Positions 51,709 through 63,071 of a stretch of DNA of 64,000 nucleotides are shown here, one piece after another; positions within the stretch are counted from its first letter, which is position 1; each line of letters begins with the position of its first letter. Under the pieces are notes generated by a model that worked only from the letters and a program-made list of their open reading frames with translations, did not search any database and was not told the DNA's origin. The DNA lies in NCBI GenBank assembly GCA_027484605.1, contig JAIXSR010000054.1:13269-77268 (forward strand), written 5' to 3'. The stretch comes from Hyphomicrobiales bacterium (GTDB lineage Bacteria; Pseudomonadota; Alphaproteobacteria; Rhizobiales; Beijerinckiaceae). Made by a program: the position numbers and the translations under genes.

Positions 51709-52905
51709 TCAGTTCAGGCCATGTCTACTGCAATGGTGTCGCAGGGCCAGCATGATCACCAGCGCGAGCGCGGAGGTGCCCAGCATCAGGTCGACCAGTA
51801 TCACCGCCCCGAGCCGGTCGAGCAGGAAGCCTCCGAGGATGGGCGCCACCGCGCCGGCGGCATTCTGCGAGACGGTGATCCGGTTCAGCCGCTCGCCATA
51901 GCCGCGCGAGCCGAAGATTGCCAGCGTCAGCCCGCCGCGGGCGATCGTCATCAGCCCGTTTGAAATGCCGTAGAAGGCGGCAAAGAGCAGCCCGGTCGGC
52001 ATGCTCGCATCGGCCTGGACGAGGATGAAGAAGGAGACCGGCAGGAAGGCGGCGGAGGCGAAGGCCGTCCACATGATGCTGTAGCGCTGGGCGAGCAGCG
52101 CTTCTGCCATCCGCCCGGCGACCTGGAACACGCCGACCATGCTGCCGACCAGCACGGCGGCCTTGGTGGCAAAGCCCAGCCCTTCGAGCAGCGGAAAGAC
52201 GAGCAGCGACCATGAATTGAAGATGAGGCCGTTCATGGCGAGCATTGCGGCGAAGAGCGCGAAGGCAACCGGAAAGGCCGTTGCGGGGATCCCGGCCTCG
52301 ACCGGATCGGCCGCCGGCAGCAGGGCATGGCCGGCCCCCTCGCGGTTCAGCAGCGTGAGATGGATCGGCAGGCAGATGGCGATGTTCAGCGCGGCGAAGA
52401 GCAGGATGATTGTCCGCCAGTCGAGAAAGCTCATCAGCCAGGCGGTCAGGGGCCAGAACGAGGTCGAGGCCAGCCCGCCCATGAAGGTGAGATAGGAGAT
52501 GGCGCGCCGGGCCTGCGGGCCGGACATCTGCGTCAAGGCGGTGAAGGCGGCGGAATAGAGGGTCATCGGCGAGCCGACCCCGATGATCGCCCAGCCGAGA
52601 TAATAGCTGAACAACCCCTTCGAGAAGGCCAGCACCACAAGGCCCGCCGCCATGATCACCGTGCCGGTGGCCATGACGATCCGCGAACCGGCCCGGTCCT
52701 GCCAGCGGCCGATCCGCGGGCCGATCAGGGCTGCCGCCGCGAGGGTCAGCGAGGTGCCGCCGAGCACCCAGGCCGTCGACAGGCCGAGCGAGGCGCCGAT
52801 CTCGCCGCTGAGGAGTGAAAGCAGGTAATAGGTCGTGCCCCAGCCGATGATCTGGCTGATCCCGAGGCCAAGAATGGCCCGCCGCACGGCAGGCGGCATC
52901 GGCAT
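51709..52905 (-). CDS. MFS transporter
   Basis: About 12 hydrophobic helices; ...GPRIGRWQDRAGSR... is the loop 2-3 motif. Start trimmed to MPMPPAVRRAILGLG (CAT 52903-52905). Confidence 0.8.
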   Translation of the reverse strand: MPMPPAVRRAILGLGISQIIGWGTTYYLLSLLSGEIGASLGLSTAWVLGGTSLTLAAAALIGPRIGRWQDRAGSRIVMATGTVIMAAGLVVLAFSKGLFSYYLGWAIIGVGSPMTLYSAAFTALTQMSGPQARRAISYLTFMGGLASTSFWPLTAWLMSFLDWRTIILLFAALNIAICLPIHLTLLNREGAGHALLPAADPVEAGIPATAFPVAFALFAAMLAMNGLIFNSWSLLVFPLLEGLGFATKAAVLVGSMVGVFQVAGRMAEALLAQRYSIMWTAFASAAFLPVSFFILVQADASMPTGLLFAAFYGISNGLMTIARGGLTLAIFGSRGYGERLNRITVSQNAAGAVAPILGGFLLDRLGAVILVDLMLGTSALALVIMLALRHHCSRHGLN

Positions 52906-53035
52906 CGTCGGAGGGGAGGGCACGGGCAAAGGCCTGAAGGAAGGGCGATTCCGGATGAGTCGCGTTGAACGAAGAATGCCGCCGGAACCCGGCGGCATTC
53001 AAGAGGCATTCCAGCGGTTTCCGCTGTTTCAGCGA

Positions 53036-54022
53036 TTACGGCTTGACCTTCGCCTTGAGCAGCGGGATCCAGCGGTCATTCTCCGACTTCACCAGCGCGG
53101 CGAGCGCTTCCGGCGACGCGCCCTTCGCATCCGGCACGACACCGCCGAGATCCTCGAGCTTCTTCTTCGTGGCCGGATCGGTCACGGCCTTGACCAGCGC
53201 ATCGCTGAGCTTGGCCACCACATCGGCCGGCGTGCCCTTCGGCGCGAAGAGCGCATTCCAGGCCGAAACCTCGAAAGCCGGGAGGCCGGCTTCCTTGGTG
53301 GTCGGGACATCCGGCAGCGACGGCGAGCGCTCCGGCGTGGCAATGGCCAGCGCCTTGATCGCATCGCCCTTCACCTGGCTGCTCACCGAGACGATCTGGT
53401 CGCACATGTAATCGACCTTGCCCGAGACGAGGTCGGTCAGGGCCGGACCGGTACCGCGATAGGGAATCTGGTTCGGATCGACCTTCATCATCTCGTGCAG
53501 CAGCACGCAGGTGATGTGCGAGACCGAGCCCGAGCCGGCATTCGCGTTGTTGATCGTCTTCTCGTTCTTCTGCGCCCAGGCAATGAATTCCTGCAGGGTC
53601 TTCACCGGCAGGTCCTTGCGGGCCACGATCACGATCGGCGTGCCGGCAGCGAGACCGACCGGCGCGAAATCGGTCTGCGGGTTATAGGCGATATTCGGAT
53701 AGAGACCCGGCGCCGCGCCATGCGTGCCCATATGCCCCATCGCGACCGTGTAGCCATCCGGCGCGGATTTGGCGGCGCGGGTGATGCCCGTCGTGCCGCC
53801 GGCGCCGGCAACATTCTCGATGATGACCGGCTGGCCGAGCGTCTTGGACATGTGCTCGCCGACAATGCGCGCGATCACATCGGTCGGGCCGCCGGCGGCG
53901 AACGGAACGATCATGGTGATCGGCTTGTTCGGATACTGTGCCTGGGCCGAGCCGGCGCCGAGCGCCAGGATTGCGCCGAAAGCCGCAGCTGCGGTCAGGC
54001 CTTGCCGTTTCGTGATGTTCAT
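53036..54022 (-). CDS. tctC: Tripartite tricarboxylate transporter substrate-binding protein (Bug/TctC family)
   Basis: Signal peptide + ...YPNKPITMIVPFAAGGPTDVIARIVGEHM...GQPVIIENVAGAGG... is the Bug-family signature. Confidence 0.9.
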   Translation of the reverse strand: MNITKRQGLTAAAAFGAILALGAGSAQAQYPNKPITMIVPFAAGGPTDVIARIVGEHMSKTLGQPVIIENVAGAGGTTGITRAAKSAPDGYTVAMGHMGTHGAAPGLYPNIAYNPQTDFAPVGLAAGTPIVIVARKDLPVKTLQEFIAWAQKNEKTINNANAGSGSVSHITCVLLHEMMKVDPNQIPYRGTGPALTDLVSGKVDYMCDQIVSVSSQVKGDAIKALAIATPERSPSLPDVPTTKEAGLPAFEVSAWNALFAPKGTPADVVAKLSDALVKAVTDPATKKKLEDLGGVVPDAKGASPEALAALVKSENDRWIPLLKAKVKP

Positions 54023-54144
54023 CTGGTTTCTCTCCCTTGGTTCCAGTCGTCAGTCCCGACATCCGGCCACCCAAACTGGTGCAGGGGGCCGGTTTGTCCA
54101 GCACCGGGTGCGGCGACCTCTCCCGGCCGCCGCCCCGGCTCTTG

Positions 54145-55653
54145 TTATTCGACGAAGACTTCGTCGCGCTTGCGGCGGATCGAGGGCAGCAGCGCCACGA
54201 TCAGCAGGATGATCGACACGATCATCAGCGTCGCCGAGATCGGGTGCTTCCCGAAATCGAAGAAGGTCATCGGATCCCCGCGCGACAGCAGCATGGCCTG
54301 GCGGAGCTTCTCTTCCATGATCTTGCCCAGCACGAAGGCAACGAGCATCGGCGCCGGCTCGAAGCCGAGCTTCAGCAGCAGGTAGCCGACCAGCCCGAAG
54401 AAGGCGGTGAGCACCACATCGAAGGGCTGGTTGTTGATCGAATACACCCCGATCGCGCAGAAGATCAGGATGGCCGGGAACAGCATCCGGTACGGCACGC
54501 GCAGCAGGCGCACCCAGAGGCCGACCATCGGCAGGTTGATGATGACGAGCATGAAATTGCCGATCCACATCGAGGCGATCATGCCCCAGAAGAGATCGGG
54601 CTGCTTGGTCATGATCTGCGGGCCGGGCACGATGCCGTGGATCGTCATCGCGCCGACCATGATCGCCATCACCGCATTCGGCGGGATGCCGAGCGTCAGC
54701 AGCGGGATGAACGAGGTCTGGGCCGCGGCATTGTTGGCACTTTCCGGACCGGCCACGCCGCAGATCGCGCCCTTGCCGAATTCGTGGGGCTTCTTGGAGA
54801 TCTTCTTCTCGAGCGTATAGGCGCCGAAGGCTGCGAGAACGGCGCCGCCGCCCGGCAGGATCCCGAGCACCGAGCCGAGCAGGGTTCCGCGGGCAATGGC
54901 CGGCGCCGCTTCCTTCATGTCGGCCTTCGTCGGCATCAGATTGGTGATCTTCTGCTCGACAACGTCGCGGCTCTGTTCCTGCTCGAGATTGCGGAGGATT
55001 TCCGCGAAGCCGAAAATCCCCATGGCGAGCGTGACGAATTCGATCCCGTCCGCCAGCGGCAGGAAGCCGAAGGTCATGCGCTGCTCACCGGTCTCGAGAT
55101 CGGTGCCGATTGTGGAGAGCAGCAGGCCCAGGAAGATCATCGTGATCGCCTTGAGCACCGAGCCCGAGGCCAGCACCACCGCGCAGACGAGGCCAAGCAC
55201 CATCAGCGCGCAGTAATCCGCCGGCCCGAAAGCCTGCGCCACCTGGGTCAGCGGCTTGCCGAGCGCGGCAACGAGGATGGTGCCGAACGTGCCCGCGATG
55301 AACGACCCGATCGCCGCGATGGCGAGCGCCGCCCCGGCCCGGCCCTTCTTGGCCATCTGGTGGCCATCGAGCGCCGTGACGACGGAGGAGGATTCCCCGG
55401 GAAGGTTGACGAGGATCGCCGTGGTCGAGCCGCCATATTGCGCGCCGTAATAGATGCCGGCGAGCATGATCAGTGCCCCGGTCGGATCGAGCTTGTAGGT
55501 GATCGGCAGCAGCATCGCGATCGTCGCGATCGGGCCGATCCCCGGCAGGACGCCGATCAGCGTGCCGACAAGGGCGCCGATCAGGCAGAGCATCAGGTTG
55601 GTCGGCGTGGCGGCGATGGAAAAGCCATAGGCCAGGTTGGTGAGGAGATCCAT
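54145..55653 (-). CDS. tctA: Tripartite tricarboxylate transporter large permease TctA
   Basis: [41 protein letters not shown]...[15 protein letters not shown]. Start trimmed to CAT 55651-55653. Confidence 0.9.
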   Translation of the reverse strand: MDLLTNLAYGFSIAATPTNLMLCLIGALVGTLIGVLPGIGPIATIAMLLPITYKLDPTGALIMLAGIYYGAQYGGSTTAILVNLPGESSSVVTALDGHQMAKKGRAGAALAIAAIGSFIAGTFGTILVAALGKPLTQVAQAFGPADYCALMVLGLVCAVVLASGSVLKAITMIFLGLLLSTIGTDLETGEQRMTFGFLPLADGIEFVTLAMGIFGFAEILRNLEQEQSRDVVEQKITNLMPTKADMKEAAPAIARGTLLGSVLGILPGGGAVLAAFGAYTLEKKISKKPHEFGKGAICGVAGPESANNAAAQTSFIPLLTLGIPPNAVMAIMVGAMTIHGIVPGPQIMTKQPDLFWGMIASMWIGNFMLVIINLPMVGLWVRLLRVPYRMLFPAILIFCAIGVYSINNQPFDVVLTAFFGLVGYLLLKLGFEPAPMLVAFVLGKIMEEKLRQAMLLSRGDPMTFFDFGKHPISATLMIVSIILLIVALLPSIRRKRDEVFVE

Positions 55654-55660
55654 GGACGCG

Positions 55661-56140
55661 TTACCTTCCGAAAGTGGGCCAGAGCGGGATCGGCTGGCCC
55701 AGCACGATCGGGAACAGGACGGCACAGAAGGCCGTGATGCTGATGGCGAAGATCAGGGCTTCCTTCCAGCGGTAATTCTCGCGGGCGGCCGCGGTGGAGA
55801 TCAGGACCATCGGGACGCCGGTGACCGCAAGGCCGAGATAGCGGATCGCGAAGGCGAAGAAGAGGACGGAGCCGAGGATCGCCACGGGCCCGCGGATGGA
55901 CAGGGGTTCCAGGTTGGGGCCGGCATTCAGCCAGCCGATGATGGTGACGGCCAGGCCGAGCCCGATCAGGCAATAGGCGAAAATCCGCGGCGCGGTGCCC
56001 GAGGCAAAGCCGACGCGCCCCGTCGCCGGCAGATCCTTGACCAGGTAAAGCGCGAGGATCCCGATCAGGACCATCGCGATCCCTCCGAGAATATCCTGCG
56101 GCGAGCGGGCCGCCTGACGGCGACGAGCATCCAAACTCAT
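55661..56140 (-). CDS. tctB: Tripartite tricarboxylate transporter small subunit TctB
   Basis: About 159 aa with 4 hydrophobic helices, immediately upstream of tctA. Order here is tctB-tctA-tctC. Confidence 0.7.
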   Translation of the reverse strand: MSLDARRRQAARSPQDILGGIAMVLIGILALYLVKDLPATGRVGFASGTAPRIFAYCLIGLGLAVTIIGWLNAGPNLEPLSIRGPVAILGSVLFFAFAIRYLGLAVTGVPMVLISTAAARENYRWKEALIFAISITAFCAVLFPIVLGQPIPLWPTFGR

Positions 56141-56578
56141 TGACTTCCCCCCGAATTCTTCCGGCTCTTGAGCGAGTTTTGCAACAAGCAGGGCCGGATG
56201 CAAATGCGCTGCTAATGACTTTCGCCGCGCATGTAAAGAACTAATATATGGGCAAGATAATTTTGTATTCAGTGCAGAATAGGTTCTATATACTTATATC
56301 AGTCGCCAAAAATCATCGTATTGTTTTCGTATTCAAAATTATACAAGACCCCTGAACTCGGAATGAACTCACAGAGAAGCCGCGCAGCAATGCGATGGCG
56401 TTAGGATATCATCATTTGACACAAAATTGCCATTTTTCATTCCTCGACGCGCTATTCCTTTATTTTGCGCTGCAACAAAAGTCCTTTGCTGGGAACGCAA
56501 TGAATAGCCCCGATGCCGATTTGCATCGGCAGGCCGGTTCCGCTAGGCCGGGTCCAGGTGTTTGAGGAAAGCAGGACG

Positions 56579-57409
56579 ATGTTTGGCATTCCCGTCTCGG
56601 ACTTGTTGCCGCTGGTCGCCGCCTTGCTGGCGGCGGGCCTGCTGACCGGCCTTCTGGCCGGCATGTTCGGCGTCGGCGGCGGCGCAGTCATCGTGCCGGT
56701 GCTCTACCAGATCTTCGGTCTGCTGAATGTGCCGGAAAATGTCCGCATGCATCTCTGCGTCGGCACCTCGCTCGCCATCATCATCCCCACCTCGATCCAG
56801 TCCTTCCGGACCCATTACGGCAAGGGCAAGGTGCTGATGGACGTTCTCCGCCTCTGGGCGGTCCCGGTCGTGCTCTCGGTCATCGCCGGCGGCGTGATCG
56901 CGGCCTATGCGCCGGCGCTCGTGCTGAAACTCGTCTTCGTCGCCGTGGCGGGATCCAACGCGATCAAGCTGCTCTCGGGCCGGGATGACTGGCGCATCGC
57001 CCCCGATCTGCCCGGTCCGCTCGGCATGCGGGCCTATGGTGTGCTGATCGGTCTCGCCTCGTCGCTGATGGGCATCGGCGGCGGCGCGATTTCCAACATG
57101 ATCCTCTCGCTCCATGGCAAGGCGATCCACAATGCCGTCGCCACCTCGTCGGGCCTCGGCGTGCTGATCTCCATTCCCGGCGCCCTGGCCTATATCTGGG
57201 CCGGCTGGCCGCACCTGGCCCAGCTCCCGCCGCTTTCGCTCGGCTTCGTCTCGGTTCTCGGCTTCGCGCTGATCGCCCCGACTTCCACCCTCGTGGCGCC
57301 CTATGGCGCGCGGCTCGCCCATTCCATGCCGAAAAGGCGCCTCGAGATCGCGTTTGGCGTCTTCCTGCTGCTGGTCAGCCTGCGCTTCCTTTATGGCGTG
57401 ATCACCTGA
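56579..57409 (+). CDS. TauE/SafE-family anion (sulfite) exporter
   Basis: ...LLAAGLLTGLLAGMFGVGGGAVIVPVL... is repeated in the second half (GLASSLMGIGGGAISNMIL). About 8 TM segments. Confidence 0.85.
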   Translation: MFGIPVSDLLPLVAALLAAGLLTGLLAGMFGVGGGAVIVPVLYQIFGLLNVPENVRMHLCVGTSLAIIIPTSIQSFRTHYGKGKVLMDVLRLWAVPVVLSVIAGGVIAAYAPALVLKLVFVAVAGSNAIKLLSGRDDWRIAPDLPGPLGMRAYGVLIGLASSLMGIGGGAISNMILSLHGKAIHNAVATSSGLGVLISIPGALAYIWAGWPHLAQLPPLSLGFVSVLGFALIAPTSTLVAPYGARLAHSMPKRRLEIAFGVFLLLVSLRFLYGVIT

Positions 57410-57484
57410 GCCAATCTTCGCCGAAAGGGGGTTGAGCTTCGCGTCCCGGGGCGTATCCTGCGGGCAGCGAGGGAGTCTTTTCGG

Positions 57485-58801
57485 ATGCCGGACAACCCGG
57501 GCCGGCCGGTGCCGCCGGAACAGATCGCCCGAATTTTCCAGCGGATCGATGCCCTCCGCGACGATCTCGTCGCGCTGACGCAAAGACTGATCCGCTTCCC
57601 CACGATCAACCCGCCCGGCGATGCCTACGAGGCCTGCGCGCGGGATATCGGCGCCTGGCTCTCGACCCGGGGCGCGTCGGTCTCCTTCATCCGCGGCAAG
57701 GGCGAGCCGGACGACACCGATCTCCATCCGCGCATCAATGTGGTCGGCCGGTTCGATGCGGCGGAACCCGGGCCCTGCATCCATTTCAACGGCCATATCG
57801 ATGTGGTCGAGGCCGGCCTCGGCTGGACCGTCCCGCCCTTCGAGGGCGTCGTGCGCGATGGTCGGGTCTATGGCCGCGGCGCCTGCGACATGAAGGGTGG
57901 CCTTGCCGCAGCGATGATCGCCATCGAGGCGATCCTGTCGGAAGGCGCCCTGACCTGCGGCGCGATCGAGCTGTCCGGCACGGTGGACGAGGAATCCGGC
58001 GGCTTCGGCGGCGTGGGCATCCTGGCGCGGCGCGGCCTGTTCGACCGCAGCCGTGTCGATCATGTCATCATCCCCGAGCCGCTCAACCCGGATCGCGTCT
58101 GCCTTGGCCATCGGGGCGTCTGGTGGGCCGAGATCGAGATGCGCGGCCAGATCGGCCATGGCGCCATGCCCTTCCTCGGCGTCTCCGCCATTCGCGGCAT
58201 GGGGCACTTCCTCCGCCTGCTGGAGGAGGAACTGCTGCCCGCCCTCGGCACGCGCGTCACGCGGATGCCCTGCGTTCCGAAAGGCGCGCGGCAGGCGACG
58301 CTCAACCTCAATTCCATCCATGGCGGCCAGCCGGAGCCCTTCCATGGTCTGCCGGCACCCGTGGTTGCCGATCGCTGCCGCCTCGTGATCGACCGCCGTT
58401 ACCTGATCGAGGAGGATCTCGATGCCGTCCGGGCCGAGATCGTCGCCCTGCTCGACCGGGCGCGGGCCCGCGAGGCGGGGCTGGATTATTCGGTCCGCGA
58501 GATCATGACCTTCGCGCCGACCATGACCGAGCCGGATGCGCCGCTTGTGCGCGAACTCGACCATTGGATCGAGGCCCTGTTCGGCCGGCCGGCGGAGCAT
58601 GTGGCATCGCCCGGCACCTATGACCAGAAGCACATCACCCGCTTCGGCTCGGTGCGCGATTGCGTGGCCTATGGCCCCGGCATCCTCGATCTGGCCCACC
58701 AGCCTGACGAGTGGGTGGGCATCGACGACATGATCATCTCGGCCAAGGTCATGGCGGCAACGACCCTGTGTTTGTTGCATCAGAACAAGAATTCAGCATA
58801 G
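57485..58801 (+). CDS. M20-family metallo-deacylase (ArgE/DapE/ACY1-like)
   Basis: ...LIRFPTINPPGD...HFNGHIDVV...GRGACDMKGG...VDEESGG... are the M20 metal-ligand motifs. Confidence 0.85.
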   Translation: MPDNPGRPVPPEQIARIFQRIDALRDDLVALTQRLIRFPTINPPGDAYEACARDIGAWLSTRGASVSFIRGKGEPDDTDLHPRINVVGRFDAAEPGPCIHFNGHIDVVEAGLGWTVPPFEGVVRDGRVYGRGACDMKGGLAAAMIAIEAILSEGALTCGAIELSGTVDEESGGFGGVGILARRGLFDRSRVDHVIIPEPLNPDRVCLGHRGVWWAEIEMRGQIGHGAMPFLGVSAIRGMGHFLRLLEEELLPALGTRVTRMPCVPKGARQATLNLNSIHGGQPEPFHGLPAPVVADRCRLVIDRRYLIEEDLDAVRAEIVALLDRARAREAGLDYSVREIMTFAPTMTEPDAPLVRELDHWIEALFGRPAEHVASPGTYDQKHITRFGSVRDCVAYGPGILDLAHQPDEWVGIDDMIISAKVMAATTLCLLHQNKNSA

Positions 58802-58843
58802 ATATTTGCATGAATGCCCGGAAAGGGCAGGGGAGAGACAGCA

Positions 58844-60331
58844 ATGCAGCCTGCCAAGCAACTGGCGAAATTCATGTTTCTGGCCCTTGGCCTCGCCGCG
58901 TCGATTCTTCCGGCCGCGGCCCAGAACCGCGAGGCCCTCACGCTTTGCCAGACGCTGGAACCGCCGATCCTCGACCCCTCGGGCGGTGCGGCCGCGGCCA
59001 TCCGCGAGGTGACCTATGGCAACATCTTCGAGGGCCTCGTCGCCTATGATCGCGACGGCAGGATTGTGCCGGCCCTGGCGCGGGAATGGTCCGCCAGCGC
59101 CGACGGGCTGGTCTGGCAGTTCCGGCTGCGGCCGGCGCAGTTCCACGATGGCAGCGCCGTCACCGCGGCCGATGTGAAATTCTCCTTCGAGCGCGCCGTG
59201 GCGCCGGATTCGAAGAATGCCCAGAAATGGATCTTCGAGCCGATCGCCGCCATCGCGACGCCCGCGCCCGATCTTGTCGAGATCACGCTGAAGAGCTTCA
59301 CGGCCGATTTCCTCGAAGGCCTCGCCATGGGCGATGCGACCATCTTCTCCCCGGCCTCGATGGGCAAGGCCGCCACCGAACCGGTCGGGACGGGCCCCTA
59401 TCGGTTCGTCCGCTGGCAGCGGGGCGACAGGCTGCTGCTGGAACGCAATGACAGCTGGTGGGGGCCGAAGCCGGCGCTGAAATCGGTGACCTTCCGCTTC
59501 ATTTCCGATCCGCAGGCGCAGGTCTCGGCCCTGCTGGCCGGGGATTGCGATGCCCATACCAATCTCGGCGCGCATGAGGCCGTCGCCCAGCTCCGCGCCG
59601 ATCCGCGCCTCGCGGTCACGATCGGCCGCACCGAAGGCGAGACCATCGTCGCGATCAACAATGCCAAGCCGCCCTTCTCCGATCTCCGCGTCCGGCAGGC
59701 CATGGCGATGGCGGTGGATCGCCGCCTCGTCAACGAGGGCGCGGTTTCCGGCCTCGGCACGCCGATCGGCAGCCATTTCTCGCCCAACCACCCCGCCTAT
59801 CTCGATCTGACGGCCGAGCGCCCGGTCGATCTCGCCAGGGCCCGCGCCCTTCTGGCCGCTGCCGGCTATCCCAACGGCTTTGCCGCCACGCTCCGCCTGC
59901 CACCGCCGGCTTATGCCCGCCGGGGCGGCGAGATCGTCGCGGCCATGCTCGGGCAGATCGGCATCCGGGCCACGATCGAGCCGCTGGAATGGCCGCAATG
60001 GCTCGAGCGCGTGTTCCGCAACAAGGATTTCGACATGACGATCGTCGCGCATGTCGAACCGCTGGATGTGAACATCTATGCCCGCGACAGCTACTATTTC
60101 GGCTACCAGTCGCCCGCGGTGAAGGAGGCCTATGCCCGCACCAAGACCGCGCGCGGCGAGGTCGAGCGCCGCGAGGCTTTCCAGAAAATCCAGCGCCAGA
60201 TCGTCGAGGACCAGGTCAACCTGTTCCTCTTCATGCTGCCGAAGATCACCGTGGCCCGCAAAGGCCTGGCCGGCCTATGGCCCAACTGGCCCGTCCCGGC
60301 CAATCCGCTCGCCGAATTGCGCTGGGAATGA
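58844..60331 (+). CDS. ABC transporter substrate-binding protein, peptide/nickel (family 5)
   Basis: Signal peptide MQPAKQLAKFMFLALGLAASILPAAA, then ...GLVAYDRDGRIVPALAREWSASADGLVWQFRLRPAQFHDGSAVTAADVKFSFER. Confidence 0.9.
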   Translation: MQPAKQLAKFMFLALGLAASILPAAAQNREALTLCQTLEPPILDPSGGAAAAIREVTYGNIFEGLVAYDRDGRIVPALAREWSASADGLVWQFRLRPAQFHDGSAVTAADVKFSFERAVAPDSKNAQKWIFEPIAAIATPAPDLVEITLKSFTADFLEGLAMGDATIFSPASMGKAATEPVGTGPYRFVRWQRGDRLLLERNDSWWGPKPALKSVTFRFISDPQAQVSALLAGDCDAHTNLGAHEAVAQLRADPRLAVTIGRTEGETIVAINNAKPPFSDLRVRQAMAMAVDRRLVNEGAVSGLGTPIGSHFSPNHPAYLDLTAERPVDLARARALLAAAGYPNGFAATLRLPPPAYARRGGEIVAAMLGQIGIRATIEPLEWPQWLERVFRNKDFDMTIVAHVEPLDVNIYARDSYYFGYQSPAVKEAYARTKTARGEVERREAFQKIQRQIVEDQVNLFLFMLPKITVARKGLAGLWPNWPVPANPLAELRWE

Positions 60332-60353
60332 CGCCTCGGCAGGGTCCGGCGCC

Positions 60354-61300
60354 ATGGCCTTGTTCCTGATCAAGCGGCTTGTCGGGCTGGTCCTGACGCT
60401 GTTCCTCGCCGCCCTGGTGATCTTCCTGGTGCTGGAGATCCTGCCGGGCGATCCCGCCGCGATGATGATGGGCGTCAGCGCCACGCCGGAAACCGTGGCC
60501 GCGCTCCAGGCGGAGCTGGGGCTCGACCGGCCCGCCGCGACGCGGTTCCTCGACTGGCTGGCCGGCATCTTCACCGGCCATCTCGGCCTCTCCTACACCT
60601 ACCGGGTGCCGGTGGCGGGCCTGATCGCCGAGCGCCTCGTTGTCACGGTGCCGCTCTCGTTGATGGCGCTCGCGCTCGCCGTCACCGCCGGCGTCACATT
60701 CGGCACGCTGGCGGCGGCGAATGCCCATCGGCGCGCCGACATGATCGTGATGGTGCTCACCCAGCTTGGCCTCGCCATCCCGAATTTCTGGTTCGGCATC
60801 CTGCTGATCCTCGTTTTCGCCATCGGCTGGGGCTGGTTCCCGGCCGGCGGCTTTCCGGGCTGGGCGGCCGATCCGCTGCTCGCCTTCCGCGCGCTGCTCC
60901 TGCCGGCCATCGCCCTTGCCCTGCCGCAGGCCGCGAGCCTCGCACGGATCACCCGGTCCACCATGCTGGAAACCCTGTCGGAGGATTACATCCGCACCGC
61001 CCGCGCCAAGGGGCTCTCGCGCGGGCAGACGATCCGCCGGCATGCCCTGCGCAATGCGCTCATTCCGGTGCTGACCATTCTCGGCCTGCAATTCTCCTTC
61101 CTCCTCGCGGGAACGATCGTGCTGGAAAACGTCTTCGCGCTGCCCGGCCTCGGCCGGCTGCTCATCCAGGCGATCGGCGGGCATGACCTGATCCTGATCA
61201 AGAGCCTCGTCCTGTTCTATGTCGCCACGGCGATCCTCGTGAATGCCATGGTCGATCTTGCCTATGGCCTTGCGGATCCGCGCCTGCGGGTGGGCCGCGC

Positions 61301-61304
<4 letters not shown>
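60354..61304 (+). CDS. ABC transporter permease (DppB/OppB-like)
   Basis: MALFLIKRLVGLVLTLFLAALVIFLVLEILPGDP..., with the EAA loop ...EDYIRTARAKGLSRGQTIRRHALRNALIPVLT. Confidence 0.9.
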
Positions 61305-62125
<821 letters not shown>

Positions 62126-62126
62126 G

Positions 62127-63071
62127 ATGCTGGCCCTGCGCGATCTTTCCGTCACCTTCCGGGGCTATCCCGTCCTGCGGAACCTGTCCTTCGATCTCGC
62201 ATCCGGGGAAACGCTCGGCCTTGTCGGGGAATCCGGATCGGGCAAGTCCATGACCGCGCTCGCCCTGATGGGCCTGCTGCCCCCGGGCTTCGAGGCAAAA
62301 GGCAGCATCCGCCTGCGCGGGACCGAGTTGCTCGGCCTGCCGGACAAGGCGCTGTGCCGCCTTCGGGGCCGCGCGATGGCGATGATCTTCCAGGAGCCGA
62401 TGACGGCGCTGAACCCGGTCCTTACGGTTGGCGCCCAGATCGCCGAGGGCCTCGTGCTGCATGGCCTGATGGATCCCCGCGCCGCGATGGCCGAAGCCAT
62501 CCGCCTCATGGAACGGGTCGGCCTGCCCGATCCGGCGCGCCGGGCGCGCTCCTACCCGCATGAACTCTCCGGCGGGCAGCGCCAGCGCGCCATGATCGCC
62601 ATGGCCATTTCCTGCCGACCGGCTGTTCTGATCGCGGACGAACCGACCTCCGCCCTCGATGTCTCGCTGCAGGTCGAGATCCTCGCCCTCCTGCGCGAGA
62701 TCCGCGCCGAAACCGGCATGGCGATGATCTTCATCAGCCATGATCTCTCGGTGATCAGCGCCATGGCCGACCGGGCCCTGGTGCTCTATGGCGGCCTTGC
62801 CATGGAATCCGGCCCCGTCCGCCCGGTGATCGACCGGCCCGCCCATCCCTATACGCAGGGCCTGATCGCCGCGATCCCGCGCGGCACGGCGCATACCCAT
62901 CGCCTCAGCCCGATCCGCGGCCAGGTGCCGGATCTCGCGAGCCTTCCGCCGGGCTGTCCCTTTGCCGGGCGCTGCACCCTCGGAGATGCCCGCTGCGCCG
63001 GGACGCCGCCCCCCCTCCGTTCGGGGCTGACGCAGATCCATTGCCATCACGCGGAGCCTGTTCCGGCATGA
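62127..63071 (+). CDS. ABC transporter ATP-binding protein (DppD-like)
   Basis: Walker A GESGSGKS, signature LSGGQRQR, Walker B LIADEPTSALD, and an oligopeptide-type C-terminal Cys motif (GCPFAGRC). Confidence 0.9.
   Translation: MLALRDLSVTFRGYPVLRNLSFDLASGETLGLVGESGSGKSMTALALMGLLPPGFEAKGSIRLRGTELLGLPDKALCRLRGRAMAMIFQEPMTALNPVLTVGAQIAEGLVLHGLMDPRAAMAEAIRLMERVGLPDPARRARSYPHELSGGQRQRAMIAMAISCRPAVLIADEPTSALDVSLQVEILALLREIRAETGMAMIFISHDLSVISAMADRALVLYGGLAMESGPVRPVIDRPAHPYTQGLIAAIPRGTAHTHRLSPIRGQVPDLASLPPGCPFAGRCTLGDARCAGTPPPLRSGLTQIHCHHAEPVPA

Noticed and set aside
53036-56140. Unusual tctB-tctA-tctC order and lack of tctDE as a sign of rearrangement or a novel system.
   Set aside because: Bug/TTT loci are highly variable in order and regulator linkage in alpha- and betaproteobacteria. 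Nothing in the sequence itself is anomalous.
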